Assembly (NCBI GenBank): GCA_964518765.1
Contig: CAZFJC010000005.1
Coordinates: 54,403 to 118,402, forward strand
Direction: 5' to 3'
Origin: an uncultured bacterium
GTDB taxonomy: Bacteria; Edwardsbacteria; AC1; EtOH8
DNA length: 64,000 nucleotides
How positions within the stretch are numbered: the first letter of the stretch is position 1; every line of letters begins with the position of its first letter. The position numbers were made by a program, and so were the translations under genes. The notes under the pieces were generated by a model that was given only the letters and a program-made list of their open reading frames with translations, ran no database searches and had not been told where the DNA came from. Of this stretch, positions 45,455-54,069 are shown in pieces.

Positions 45455-45491
45455 TCTACATTCAACGTTACTACGCCTAACGTTACTACGT
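45455..45491. repeat. ACGT-periodic AT-rich element 5' of the 4HB gene, overlapping the iorA stop region
   Basis: See 45039..45091. Shared 3' block ACCGTTT(T)C coincides with the C-terminal codons of iorA (...KR*) and of the 4HB gene (...KRS*). Confidence 0.5.
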
Positions 45492-47246
45492 TCACCGTTT
45501 CATCGCCTTCTTGGGGCACAGCGACGCACACACCTCGCACCCGGTGCAGAAGATGGGGTCGATGTGCGATTTCTTCCTCTTGGCGTCGAAGGAGATGGCC
45601 GGGCAGCCCAGCTTGAGGCACAGCCTGCAGCCCACGCATTCATCTTCGTCAACGTGCAGGGGCGGCTTGAACTTCTTGTCTATCAGGATGCAGGGCGACT
45701 TGGCGATGACCACCGAGACACCGTCGTGGCTCGCCGCCGCCTTGAGCGCCGCCTCGGTAGCCTTGAGGTCAAGCGGGTCCACGGTTTTGACGTCCTTCAC
45801 CCCGCACGCCCGGCAGATCTCCTCCAGCGACAGCACCGGAGCCGGTTGGCCCTGGAGTGTTTTCCCCGAGCCCGGGTTCTCCTGGTGGCCGGTCATGGCC
45901 GTGATCCGGTTGTCCAGTATCACCACCGTGCCCCGGGCGTTGTTGTAGACCATGTCGATCAGGCCCGTTATCCCGGAGTGGAAGAAGGTAGAGTCGCCGA
46001 TGACGGCCACTGTCTTTTGGGCCATCTCCGGGCCTAGGGCCTTCTCCAGGCCCATGGCCGCGGTCACCGAGCCGCCCATGCAGATGACGGTGTCCATGGC
46101 CTCCAGCGGCTCCATCATCCCTAAAGTGTAGCAGCCGATGTCGCCGGTGGCCGTCAGCTTCAGCTTGTTGATGGCGTAGAACACTCCGCGGTGCGGACAG
46201 CCGGGACAGAGCACCGGCGGCCGGCCCGGCAGCTCCATGTTCTTATAGGTCGGCTCCGCCTGTAGGCCGAAGGCCCGGGCCACCGCCGTCGGGTCCAGCT
46301 CGCCGACGATAGGCACCCTGTCCTTCCCGGAGATCGGCCTGTCGAACTGGCACTTGCCCTTGACGGAATAGCCCTGGGCCTTTATCTGCTCCTCCAGGAA
46401 CGGGTCGTTCTCCTCGATGACATAGACCTCGTCCACCGACGAGATGAAGTTGGCAATCAGCTTGCCGGGCGGCGGGTAGGTAAGTGCTAGTTTTAAATAG
46501 GAGGCATCCGGGAAGACTTCTTTGGCGTACTGGTAGGAGATACCGCTGGTGATGATGCCCAGCTTGGTGCTCCCCCTTTCAATCTTGTTCCCCTGAAAAG
46601 TCTCGCCGTACTCGGCCAGCTTCTTCAGCCTCTCCTCAACCTTGACGTGCAGCTTCCTGGCATGGGCCGGAATGGTTATCCTTTTTTTGATATCCTTGAC
46701 GTATCCCATCGGCTTGTGCTCCCTCCTCTCACCCGGCTCCACCGCCCCCTTGGAGTGGGAGATGCGGGTGGTCAGCCTTAGCAGCACCGGGGTGTCGAAC
46801 TTCTCGGAGATCTCGAAGGCCAGCCTGGCGTACTCCAGGCACTCCTGGGAGTCCGAAGGCTCCAGGCAGGGTATCTTGGCCATCTTGGCGTAGTAGCGGT
46901 TGTCCTGTTCGTTCTGAGAGGAGTGCATGCCCGGGTCGTCGGCCGACACCACCACCAGCCCCCCGGTGGCCCCGATGTAGCCCATGGAGAACAGGGGGTC
47001 GGCGGCCACGTTCAGGCCCACGTGCTTCATGCAGGTCAGGGCCCGGGCTCCGCCGAAGCTGGCCCCGGCCGCCACCTCCAGGCCCACCTTCTCGTTGGTT
47101 GCCAGCTCGGCGTAGACCTCCTGGTACTTGGCCAGGTTCTCCAGTATCTCGGTGGAGGGCGTCCCCGGATAGGCCGAGACCACGTTGACCCCGGCCTCCC
47201 AGGCCCCCCGGGCCACCGCCTCGTTTCCGGAAAGGAGTACTTTCAT
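45492..47246 (-). CDS. iorA: indolepyruvate:ferredoxin oxidoreductase alpha subunit
   Basis: 584 aa with a TPP-binding domain and a C-terminal 2x[4Fe-4S] region (CVGCRLCLKLGCP, CTGCEVCASLCP). Confidence 0.9.
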   Translation of the reverse strand: MKVLLSGNEAVARGAWEAGVNVVSAYPGTPSTEILENLAKYQEVYAELATNEKVGLEVAAGASFGGARALTCMKHVGLNVAADPLFSMGYIGATGGLVVVSADDPGMHSSQNEQDNRYYAKMAKIPCLEPSDSQECLEYARLAFEISEKFDTPVLLRLTTRISHSKGAVEPGERREHKPMGYVKDIKKRITIPAHARKLHVKVEERLKKLAEYGETFQGNKIERGSTKLGIITSGISYQYAKEVFPDASYLKLALTYPPPGKLIANFISSVDEVYVIEENDPFLEEQIKAQGYSVKGKCQFDRPISGKDRVPIVGELDPTAVARAFGLQAEPTYKNMELPGRPPVLCPGCPHRGVFYAINKLKLTATGDIGCYTLGMMEPLEAMDTVICMGGSVTAAMGLEKALGPEMAQKTVAVIGDSTFFHSGITGLIDMVYNNARGTVVILDNRITAMTGHQENPGSGKTLQGQPAPVLSLEEICRACGVKDVKTVDPLDLKATEAALKAAASHDGVSVVIAKSPCILIDKKFKPPLHVDEDECVGCRLCLKLGCPAISFDAKRKKSHIDPIFCTGCEVCASLCPKKAMKR

Positions 47247-47389
47247 GCGTTCTCCATTTAATATTCGCCCGATTTCTTGCCTGTCTCTCTTTGACTTTTA
47301 TTATAACCCATGCCTGGGCCGAAGTCAAAGCAGAAAATGAAAAGCCCGGACGGCTGACGTCCGGGCTGGGCTGCTTTCGCCTGTTTCTG

Positions 47390-47438
47390 ACCACCCCTCG
47401 CTCCCCTCCTTAGAAAAGGAGGGGATTAAGGGGTGGTT
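47390..47438. repeat. REP-like palindromic element, copy 1
   Basis: ACCACCCCT-cgc-TCCCCTCCTT-agaa-AAGGAGGGGA-ttaa-GGGGTGGT. Confidence 0.55.
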
Positions 47439-47473
47439 GGTTATATGCTCTTCGAAGTTCTCGGCCGTCCCCC

Positions 47474-47510
47474 GTTCCACTCCTTGATTAAGGAGGGGAT
47501 AAAAGGGGAG
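47474..47510. repeat. REP-like palindromic element, partial copy 2
   Basis: CCACTCCTTgattAAGGAGGGGAtaaaAGGGGAG. Confidence 0.45.
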
Positions 47511-47511
47511 G

Positions 47512-48741
47512 TCAGTGTCCCGCCCCCTCGTCCGGCTTGGTGATCTCCAGCGCCTTGGCGATCACCTTGACTGCCCAGTCCACGTCCCGCTTGGATATCA
47601 CCAGCGGCGGGGCGAAGCGGATGGTCTGCTCGTGGGTGTCCTTGGCCAGTATCCCGGACTTCATCATGGCCAGGCAGTAGGGCCGGGCCCGCCCCGCCTC
47701 CAGCTTCAGCTCCATGCCGGTCAGCAGGCCCATGCCCCGGACCTCCTTGATCTTGTCGGTCTTGATCTTCAGCAACTGCTTGCGGAAGTAGTCGCCCAGC
47801 GACCTGGCCCGCTGGTCCAGCTTCTCGCGCCTGAGCACGTCCAGGGCGGCCATGCCGATGGCGCAGGCCAACGGATTGCCCCCGAAGGTGCTGCCGTGCT
47901 GCCCGGGCCCGATGACGTCCATCACCTCCCAGCAGGAGAGCACCGCCGAAACCGGGTAAAGCCCGCCGCCCAGCGCCTTGCCGACGATCAGGACGTCCGG
48001 CTTGGCCCCCTCGTGCTGCCAGCAGAACGGTTTTCCGGTGCGGCAGAATCCGGTCTGCACCTCGTCCAGCATGAAGAGGACGTTGTTGCGGTCGCAGATC
48101 TCCTTGCATCTGGTCAGGTACCCCTTGGAGGGCACCTTGACCCCGGCCTCGCCCTGGATGGGCTCCACCATGAAGCCGGCGGTGTTCTGGTTGATGGCCT
48201 TCTCCAAGGCCTCGGGGTCGTTGTAGGGTATGATCTTGAAGCCGGGCATGGCCGGCCCGTAGCCGCCGTAGGCGTCGGGATCGGTGGAGAAGCTGACGAT
48301 GGTGCTGGTGCGGCCGTGGAAGTTCTCGGAGCAGACGATGATCTCGGCCTTGTCCTTGTCGATGCCCTTCTTCTCGTAGCCCCACTTGCGGCAGAGCTTG
48401 ATGGCCGTCTCCACCGCCTCGGCCCCGGTGTTCATGGGCAGGGCCACCTCCATCTGGGCGTACTGGCACAGCTTCTGGAGGAAGACCCCCAGCTTGTCGT
48501 TATGGAAGGCCCGGCTGGTCAGGGTCAGCTTGTCCGACTGCTGCTTCATGGCCCGGATGATGGCCGGGTGGCGGTGACCCTGGTTGACGGCCGAGTAAGC
48601 CGACAGCATATCCAGGTACTTCTTCCCTTCCACATCCCACACCCAGATCCCCTGTGCCTTGGCGATGACCACCGGCAGCGGATGATAGTTGTGGGCCCCG
48701 TATTTCTCGGTAAGGTTGATCAGGTCCTTGCTTTTGGCCAT
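47512..48741 (-). CDS. rocD: ornithine aminotransferase (class III PLP aminotransferase)
   Basis: 409 aa, AT-III fold with PLP lysine region. Confidence 0.8.
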   Translation of the reverse strand: MAKSKDLINLTEKYGAHNYHPLPVVIAKAQGIWVWDVEGKKYLDMLSAYSAVNQGHRHPAIIRAMKQQSDKLTLTSRAFHNDKLGVFLQKLCQYAQMEVALPMNTGAEAVETAIKLCRKWGYEKKGIDKDKAEIIVCSENFHGRTSTIVSFSTDPDAYGGYGPAMPGFKIIPYNDPEALEKAINQNTAGFMVEPIQGEAGVKVPSKGYLTRCKEICDRNNVLFMLDEVQTGFCRTGKPFCWQHEGAKPDVLIVGKALGGGLYPVSAVLSCWEVMDVIGPGQHGSTFGGNPLACAIGMAALDVLRREKLDQRARSLGDYFRKQLLKIKTDKIKEVRGMGLLTGMELKLEAGRARPYCLAMMKSGILAKDTHEQTIRFAPPLVISKRDVDWAVKVIAKALEITKPDEGAGH

Positions 48742-48901
48742 TTGCTTTTCTCCTTTTCGGTTCGGGCCTGAATATCACTGAAAAGACGATGGTATCACCC
48801 TGAGCCCGGCATCGTGGCTGTCAGGTTGAAGGGTGGCGCTGTCATCCTTCAATTGGTCAGACAGAATGCTTTCCCAGGATGACATCGAGCTCATCTGTTT
48901 C

Positions 48902-49804
48902 CTACCTCTTTCCCCCGAAGAGGTCCTTCCTGATGCCCAGGTAGTTGGCGATGTTGGCCCTTTTGTCGATCACCGGGGCTATCCTCCCGATCCTGGAGGT
49001 TAAGACAGTGGTCACCCCCGGCCCGTGCCCGGCCAGGACGCAATCCGAATGAACCACCACCCCGATGGACACCGAGCCCTTGCGGAAGCAGCGGCCGTAG
49101 CAGTTGTCGGTGTTCTCCAGGGCGACGATGTCGCCGAAGCGCACCTTGTCGATGCCCAGCCTCCTCAGCGTCTCCTTGTCGGCGGTGGTGATGTCGTAGT
49201 CGCCGCTGGCCACCGAGGCCGATCCCAGACCCGAGCCCATCAGCTCGGCCGGTATGGAGCAGACCACCGGGACCTCCAGCATCCTCCGAGAGTTGACCCG
49301 CGCGCCCAGTTTGTGAAGCAGTCTGGGATCTATATTGAAGACCCGTATCTCCGGCAGGTCCAGCAGGGCCAGGCCCAGGCCGTAAGACTTTATCTGGATC
49401 TTATCTCCGATGACCAGCTGCTCCAGCACCTTCCAGTCGAAGTCCACCAGCACGTGCTCGATGCCGCCGTGCTTGCCGGTGACCCATCCCTTGGCGCCCT
49501 TGGCGGCGCCGCTGACCAGGGTGGCCTCGTTGCCGATGCAGGCCAGGGTGTTCAGGCCGGCGTTCTCCGGGCTGGATGGCTCCTTGCTCTCCCGATTGCT
49601 TATAGAGACTCCGGGCTCCATGTGGTCGGCGGCCCAGCCGAAGGCCGGATCGCCCACCCGGATGTTGAAGGTGATGCCCCCGGTTCCGGGCAGGATCATG
49701 GCCTGGCCCTCATGGCTCACCCGGTAGGGCGAGCGGAACTTGGGCGAGGTGATCTCTCCGATCACCGACTGCATCACCAGCTGTTTCTCGTTGGTCTTTA
49801 ACAT
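48902..49804 (-). CDS. DUF4438-family protein of unknown function
   Basis: 300 aa, no assigned function. Confidence 0.55.
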   Translation of the reverse strand: MLKTNEKQLVMQSVIGEITSPKFRSPYRVSHEGQAMILPGTGGITFNIRVGDPAFGWAADHMEPGVSISNRESKEPSSPENAGLNTLACIGNEATLVSGAAKGAKGWVTGKHGGIEHVLVDFDWKVLEQLVIGDKIQIKSYGLGLALLDLPEIRVFNIDPRLLHKLGARVNSRRMLEVPVVCSIPAELMGSGLGSASVASGDYDITTADKETLRRLGIDKVRFGDIVALENTDNCYGRCFRKGSVSIGVVVHSDCVLAGHGPGVTTVLTSRIGRIAPVIDKRANIANYLGIRKDLFGGKR

Positions 49805-49816
49805 CTCAGCATCTTT

Positions 49817-50380
49817 CTAAATCGTGTGTCTGCCTTTCCAGCCCCAGACCGCCAGGGCCGCTATCCCGGCCTTGGCTATATCGCCAGTGAGGAAGGGGAG
49901 CGCCCCCATCTGCAGGGCGCGGCTTACGTCGAGATGGAGAAGGGCGGCTAGCCAGGCAGAGCCCGCGGAAAGTATCAACACGGACCCGAGAGCCATGGCG
50001 CCTATCGTCGTTCCGATCCCCCGCCTTGCCTCGAGCATCCCGCCGATGCTGTAAGCGGCGGCCACGAAGCCCAGGAGATAACCCCCGGTCGGCCCTAGCA
50101 GATGTCCGATGCCGCCGGCCGCGCCCTGGAACACCGGCAGGCCGGCCGCTCCGACAGCCAAATATAGGGCCTGCGAGGCCGCCGCCCTGCGCCCCAGGAA
50201 GCCGGCCGACAGCAGGACGGCCAGCGTCTGCAGGGTCAGCGGCACCGGGGTGAACGGCAGCGGCACCCGGACGAAGGCCGCCAGGGCGGTCATCAGGGCG
50301 AAGGCGGATATGCCCAGGGCGTCGGCCAGCGCCTTCGGGGCCTCGACCGGCCGGGCCAGGGCTAGCTGGATGTTTTTCAT
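49817..50380 (-). CDS. bioY: BioY-family biotin transporter component
   Basis: Start at Met28 (MKNIQLALARPVEAP...); six TM helices. The first 27 codons of the track ORF are the translated palindrome. Confidence 0.8.
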   Translation of the reverse strand: MKNIQLALARPVEAPKALADALGISAFALMTALAAFVRVPLPFTPVPLTLQTLAVLLSAGFLGRRAAASQALYLAVGAAGLPVFQGAAGGIGHLLGPTGGYLLGFVAAAYSIGGMLEARRGIGTTIGAMALGSVLILSAGSAWLAALLHLDVSRALQMGALPFLTGDIAKAGIAALAVWGWKGRHTI

Positions 50381-50418
50381 AGAGGTGTCTGTAAAAATCA
50401 TAACTCTTAGGAATGGAT

Positions 50419-50474
50419 CCCGACCACCCCTCGTTTCCCTCCTTGATGAAGGAGGGGACAAAGGGGTGGTCGGG
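50419..50474. repeat. REP-like palindromic element, copy 3
   Basis: CCCGACCACCCCT-cgtt-TCCCTCCTT-gatg-AAGGAGGGGA-caa-AGGGGTGGTCGGG; near-perfect 55-bp palindrome. Confidence 0.55.
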
Positions 50475-50477
50475 TGA

Positions 50478-51848
50478 TTACGGTCCGAACTCCAGGTCCG
50501 GCCCCTTGAAGTGGCGGTGCTCCACCACCGTCAGCACGTGGTCCAGAATCTCCAGGCCGGCCTTGGCCTCCTCGCGGCTTAGGACCAGCGGCGGGCAGAT
50601 CCTCAGGGTGTTGGTGCCGCAGCCCAGCATCAAAAGTCCCCGCTTGAAGGCCTCCTGGATGACCGCCTCCATGGCCTCGTGGGCCTTCTCCCGGGTCCTT
50701 TTATCCTTGACTATCTCCACCCCGATCATCAGACCCTTGCCACGAACGTCACCCATGGAGCAGTGTTTCTTCTGCATCCGCCGCAGCTCGGCCGTCATGT
50801 ACTCGCCCACCAGCTGGGCGTTTCGCATCAGACCCTTGTCGATGAGGTCCATGGTGGCCAAAGCGGCGGCGCAGCACACCGGGTTCCCGCTGAAGGTGTT
50901 GCCGTGGGATCCCGGCTTCCAGTCCATTATCTTCGAGGGGGCGATGATGGCCCCCATGGGTAGGCCCGAGGCGATGCCCTTGGCCGCGGTGATGATGTCC
51001 GGCCTCACCCCGAAGTGCTCGATAGCGAACCATTTGCCGGTGCGGCCCATGCCCGACTGGATCTCATCGGCAATCATCAGGATACCGTGCCGGTCGCACA
51101 GCTGGCGCAGGGCCTTGACCGCCTCGGCCGGAGGCACTACGTAGCCGCCCTCTCCCTGGATGGGTTCTAATAGCAGTCCGGCCACCTCCTCCGGGGGGAC
51201 GATGGTCTTGAGGACCACATCCTCGATGTACTTGACGCACTCCAGCGAGCAGCCGGGATAAGACTTGTTGAAGACGCAATGGTAGCAGTTGGGATAGGGC
51301 ACGTGGGTGACGCCCGGCATGGTGGGAAAGAAGCCCTTCTTCTGGGTGGGCTTGGAGCCGGTGCAGGAGACGGCCCCCATGGTCCGGCCGTGGAAGGCCC
51401 CGATGAAGGCCAGGAACTGCGGCCGCTTAGTGTGGTAGCGGGCCAGCTTCAGCGCCCCCTCGATGGCCTCGGCCCCGGAGTTGCAGAAGAAGACCTTGCT
51501 GTCGCGGCCGGTGGGCGACACTTGCCGGAGCCTCTCGGCCAGCTCCACCTCGGGCAGGTAGTAGAAGTCGGTGCCCGAGTAGTGGATGAGTTTTCCCGCC
51601 TGGTCGGCGATGGCCTTGACCACCTTGGGATGACAGTGGCCGGTGGAGTTGACGGCGATGCCGGCGCAGAAGTCCAGCAGCTGGTTGCCGTCGACGTCGG
51701 TCAGCCACACCCCCTGGCCGCGGTCGATGACCGCCGGGTAGGCTCGGGTGTACGACGGGGAGAGCGACTTCCGATCCCGGCCGACGATAGCCCTGGCCTT
51801 GGGACCGGGGAAGTTCTTGCTTATCTGGGGGCGCTTTCTTATCGGCAT
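50478..51848 (-). CDS. class III aminotransferase (4-aminobutyrate / omega-amino acid aminotransferase-like)
   Basis: 456 aa, AT-III family (LIADEIQSGMGRTGKWFA). Confidence 0.85.
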   Translation of the reverse strand: MPIRKRPQISKNFPGPKARAIVGRDRKSLSPSYTRAYPAVIDRGQGVWLTDVDGNQLLDFCAGIAVNSTGHCHPKVVKAIADQAGKLIHYSGTDFYYLPEVELAERLRQVSPTGRDSKVFFCNSGAEAIEGALKLARYHTKRPQFLAFIGAFHGRTMGAVSCTGSKPTQKKGFFPTMPGVTHVPYPNCYHCVFNKSYPGCSLECVKYIEDVVLKTIVPPEEVAGLLLEPIQGEGGYVVPPAEAVKALRQLCDRHGILMIADEIQSGMGRTGKWFAIEHFGVRPDIITAAKGIASGLPMGAIIAPSKIMDWKPGSHGNTFSGNPVCCAAALATMDLIDKGLMRNAQLVGEYMTAELRRMQKKHCSMGDVRGKGLMIGVEIVKDKRTREKAHEAMEAVIQEAFKRGLLMLGCGTNTLRICPPLVLSREEAKAGLEILDHVLTVVEHRHFKGPDLEFGP

Positions 51849-51851
51849 AGT

Positions 51852-53093
51852 CTACTTCTTGGGATAGGAGATCGTTTCCAGAATGTTTATCCTCCTCTTC
51901 TTGAGCTCCTTCATGAAAACCGGGTAGAGCTCGCTGTCGACGGCGTCCTCCGGAGCCACGATCCCCTTCTGGGATATCTGCCCCCTGGCCACCATCCGGG
52001 CGGCGATGGCCACCGGAAAACCGGTGACCCGCATCATCGAGGAGATATTGTTCTTCTTGTCGGCCGCGTCCCACATGTGGTACTCGATCTTTATCCTGCG
52101 GCCCTTCCTCTTCCCGACCACCGTGTTGTACATGACGCAGACATCGGTCTCGCCCGGGCCGGCCACCAGCCTGGGGGTGATGCGGGACAGCAGGAACTCG
52201 CGGGGCGATATCTTAATCCCCTTGAAGTCCACCGGCTCCAGGTCCAGCATACCGCACTCCTTGAGGGTGAGCACCCCGGGCCAATGCCCTGGCCAGCGCA
52301 CCGTCTTCTCGGCGAATTCCTTCAGCTGGGGCCGGGTGTAGATGAAGCTGGGCATGCCCGGGGTGACGGCGCACTGCAGCTCCTCGTTCTTGCCCAGCTT
52401 GTTGAACACGAATGTCTCCAGATCGGTGGCCGCGTCGACTTCCACCACCTTGCCATTCTTCACCACCTTCAGCTTGATCATGTACTCGCGCAACACGTGA
52501 TCGAAGGCCCAGGTGATCATGTAGCGCAAAGGGTGGTTGGCGCTGTCCTTCTTGGAGGGCACCCCGCCCACCCGGGCGATGGCCACCTCGGCCCGGTCCA
52601 TCTTGCGGATGGCCTCGCCCACCGTGACGTTGCTCAGGCCCGGAGCAAAGCCCATCCCGTCCAGGAAGGTGACCTTGTTTTTTATGGCCGTCTCGTGCAG
52701 CCAGTCGCCGTACTGGTCCAGGGTCATCCCCTGGGGCAGCTCCAGTCCCTCCACCTCGTAGGCATCCGGCCGGCGATGGTACTCCTCCAGCATGTCCACG
52801 ATGTTCAGGCCGGCCTCGACCGCGTAGTGGGCGATCTTGTAACTGCGGCGTCGGTCGGGCAGGGCCAGCACTCCGACGTCGTACTGCTTCATCAGCGACT
52901 TGACGGCCGCCTCGTCAGCCACGTCGGCGGTGTGGATGGCGACACGGTCGCTGCCCAACCAGTTCTTGACCTTCTGCAGCGACTCGGCGTTGCGGCCCAC
53001 CAGGCCGATCTGCTTGACCTCGTCGTCCTTGGCCAGGTCCCAGGCCACGGCCGAGCCGATCTTGCCCGAGCCCCCGAAAACCAGCACCTTCAT
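51852..53093 (-). CDS. saccharopine dehydrogenase-family NAD(P)-binding oxidoreductase
   Basis: Rossmann MKVLVFGGSGKIG at the N-terminus; start at the third Met, with AAGGAG RBS 6 nt upstream. Confidence 0.8.
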   Translation of the reverse strand: MKVLVFGGSGKIGSAVAWDLAKDDEVKQIGLVGRNAESLQKVKNWLGSDRVAIHTADVADEAAVKSLMKQYDVGVLALPDRRRSYKIAHYAVEAGLNIVDMLEEYHRRPDAYEVEGLELPQGMTLDQYGDWLHETAIKNKVTFLDGMGFAPGLSNVTVGEAIRKMDRAEVAIARVGGVPSKKDSANHPLRYMITWAFDHVLREYMIKLKVVKNGKVVEVDAATDLETFVFNKLGKNEELQCAVTPGMPSFIYTRPQLKEFAEKTVRWPGHWPGVLTLKECGMLDLEPVDFKGIKISPREFLLSRITPRLVAGPGETDVCVMYNTVVGKRKGRRIKIEYHMWDAADKKNNISSMMRVTGFPVAIAARMVARGQISQKGIVAPEDAVDSELYPVFMKELKKRRINILETISYPKK

Positions 53094-53255
53094 GGCCATC
53101 TCCTTGATTAAAAACATATAAACATATAATTTTACCAGATTTTTACCGAACTGTCAATGATTTGGATCAAACGCCTTCAGTTCCGGGCCATGACATCTAA
53201 TCCTTTGCTATGCTTGATGTTGTCTAGATTTCTTACTACCCTCTGACAATGGTCA

Positions 53256-53285
53256 TTGACAATAGGGCGATTATTAGTATATAAT
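53256..53285 (+). promoter_or_regulatory. near-consensus sigma70 promoter (TTGACA-N18-TATAAT) upstream of the truncated tRNA copy
   Basis: ggtcaTTGACAatagggcgattattagTATAATtaat, in an AT-rich region also flanked by tgacaatgg / tcattgaca inverted repeats. Confidence 0.45.
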
Positions 53286-53307
53286 TAATATTCTTGGGGT
53301 TTTTCTC

Positions 53308-53360
53308 TGGGGGATCGTCCAACGGCAGGACACGTGGCTCTGGACCACGGTATCGGGGTT
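53308..53360 (+). pseudogene. truncated or disrupted duplicate of tRNA-Gln
   Basis: 53 nt identical to 53500..53552 (acceptor 5' strand through T-stem 5' strand), followed by ~76 nt of unrelated GC-hairpin sequence and a degenerate T-arm/acceptor remnant (CGGGGAATCCCTGTCCatgCCCCA). Confidence 0.55.
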
Positions 53361-53499
53361 CTCAGCCTGACGCCCGGCAAGGGGTCGGGCGGCGGCTGAC
53401 CCGCCGCTTATCATGCCTTATATCATTGCTCAGGCGGGGAATCCCTGTCCATGCCCCATCTCGTTTTTGTTAATCGTCGGAAAACTTGTAAAAAATAAC

Positions 53500-53574
<75 letters not shown>

Positions 53575-53580
53575 AAAATA

Positions 53581-53616
53581 GAAGAGGCGACCCATTGGGT
53601 CGCCTCTTCTTTATTT
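53581..53616 (+). terminator. intrinsic terminator of tRNA-Gln
   Basis: GAAGAGGCGACCC-attg-GGTCGCCTCTTC followed by TTTATTT. Confidence 0.7.
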
Positions 53617-53639
53617 ACCGGATGCCTTTATTCCCTCCG

Positions 53640-54053
53640 TTACCCGTGCTCCTGGATCGCCGGTCGGCCGACGGGGCACCGCTTTTCCCTGGGAATGGTC
53701 CGCAGCATCAAAAGGTGCAGGCTCACCCCGAGGCCGATCGCGCCCAGCAGCAGTTCCACCCAGGGGCTGTCCATGACCAGCACGGACGCCCCCAGCGAGG
53801 CCCACAGCAGCGCCAGCGAGGAGATTTTTGTGGAAAGCGGCACCGCCCGTTGCTCCAGGTAGTTCCTCAGGTGAGCCCCGCAGATACGGTTGTCCAGGAG
53901 CCAGCGGTGCAGCCGTTCCGAACTGCGGGCGAAGCAGAACAGGGCCAGCAGCAAGAAGGGCGTGGCCGGGAGGAGCGGTAGGAAAATCCCCGCCGCTCCC
54001 AGGCCGGCCGCCGCCAGGCCGGCCACGACCAGCAACCGGCGTTTCACCGCCAC
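53640..54053 (-). CDS. DUF454 / YbaN-family inner membrane protein
   Basis: GTG start (VAVKRRLLVVAGLAAAGLGAAGIFLPLLPATPF); two TM hairpins. Confidence 0.65.
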   Translation of the reverse strand: MAVKRRLLVVAGLAAAGLGAAGIFLPLLPATPFLLLALFCFARSSERLHRWLLDNRICGAHLRNYLEQRAVPLSTKISSLALLWASLGASVLVMDSPWVELLLGAIGLGVSLHLLMLRTIPREKRCPVGRPAIQEHG

Positions 54054-54069
54054 CGCCCCCTGGCTGACC

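Noticed and set aside
47247-47520. CRISPR array or tandem repeat suspected from the repeated palindromes
   Set aside because: Only two to three copies, they are imperfect, and there are no regular spacers or cas genes. They are better described as REP-like palindromic elements.
53361-53499. Possibility that the upstream tRNA-Gln copy is an intron-containing or split tRNA
   Set aside because: The 76-nt insert sits in the T-loop, not the anticodon loop. It is too short for a group I intron. The downstream acceptor remnant is broken by ATG, so a pseudogene or decayed duplicate is the simpler explanation.
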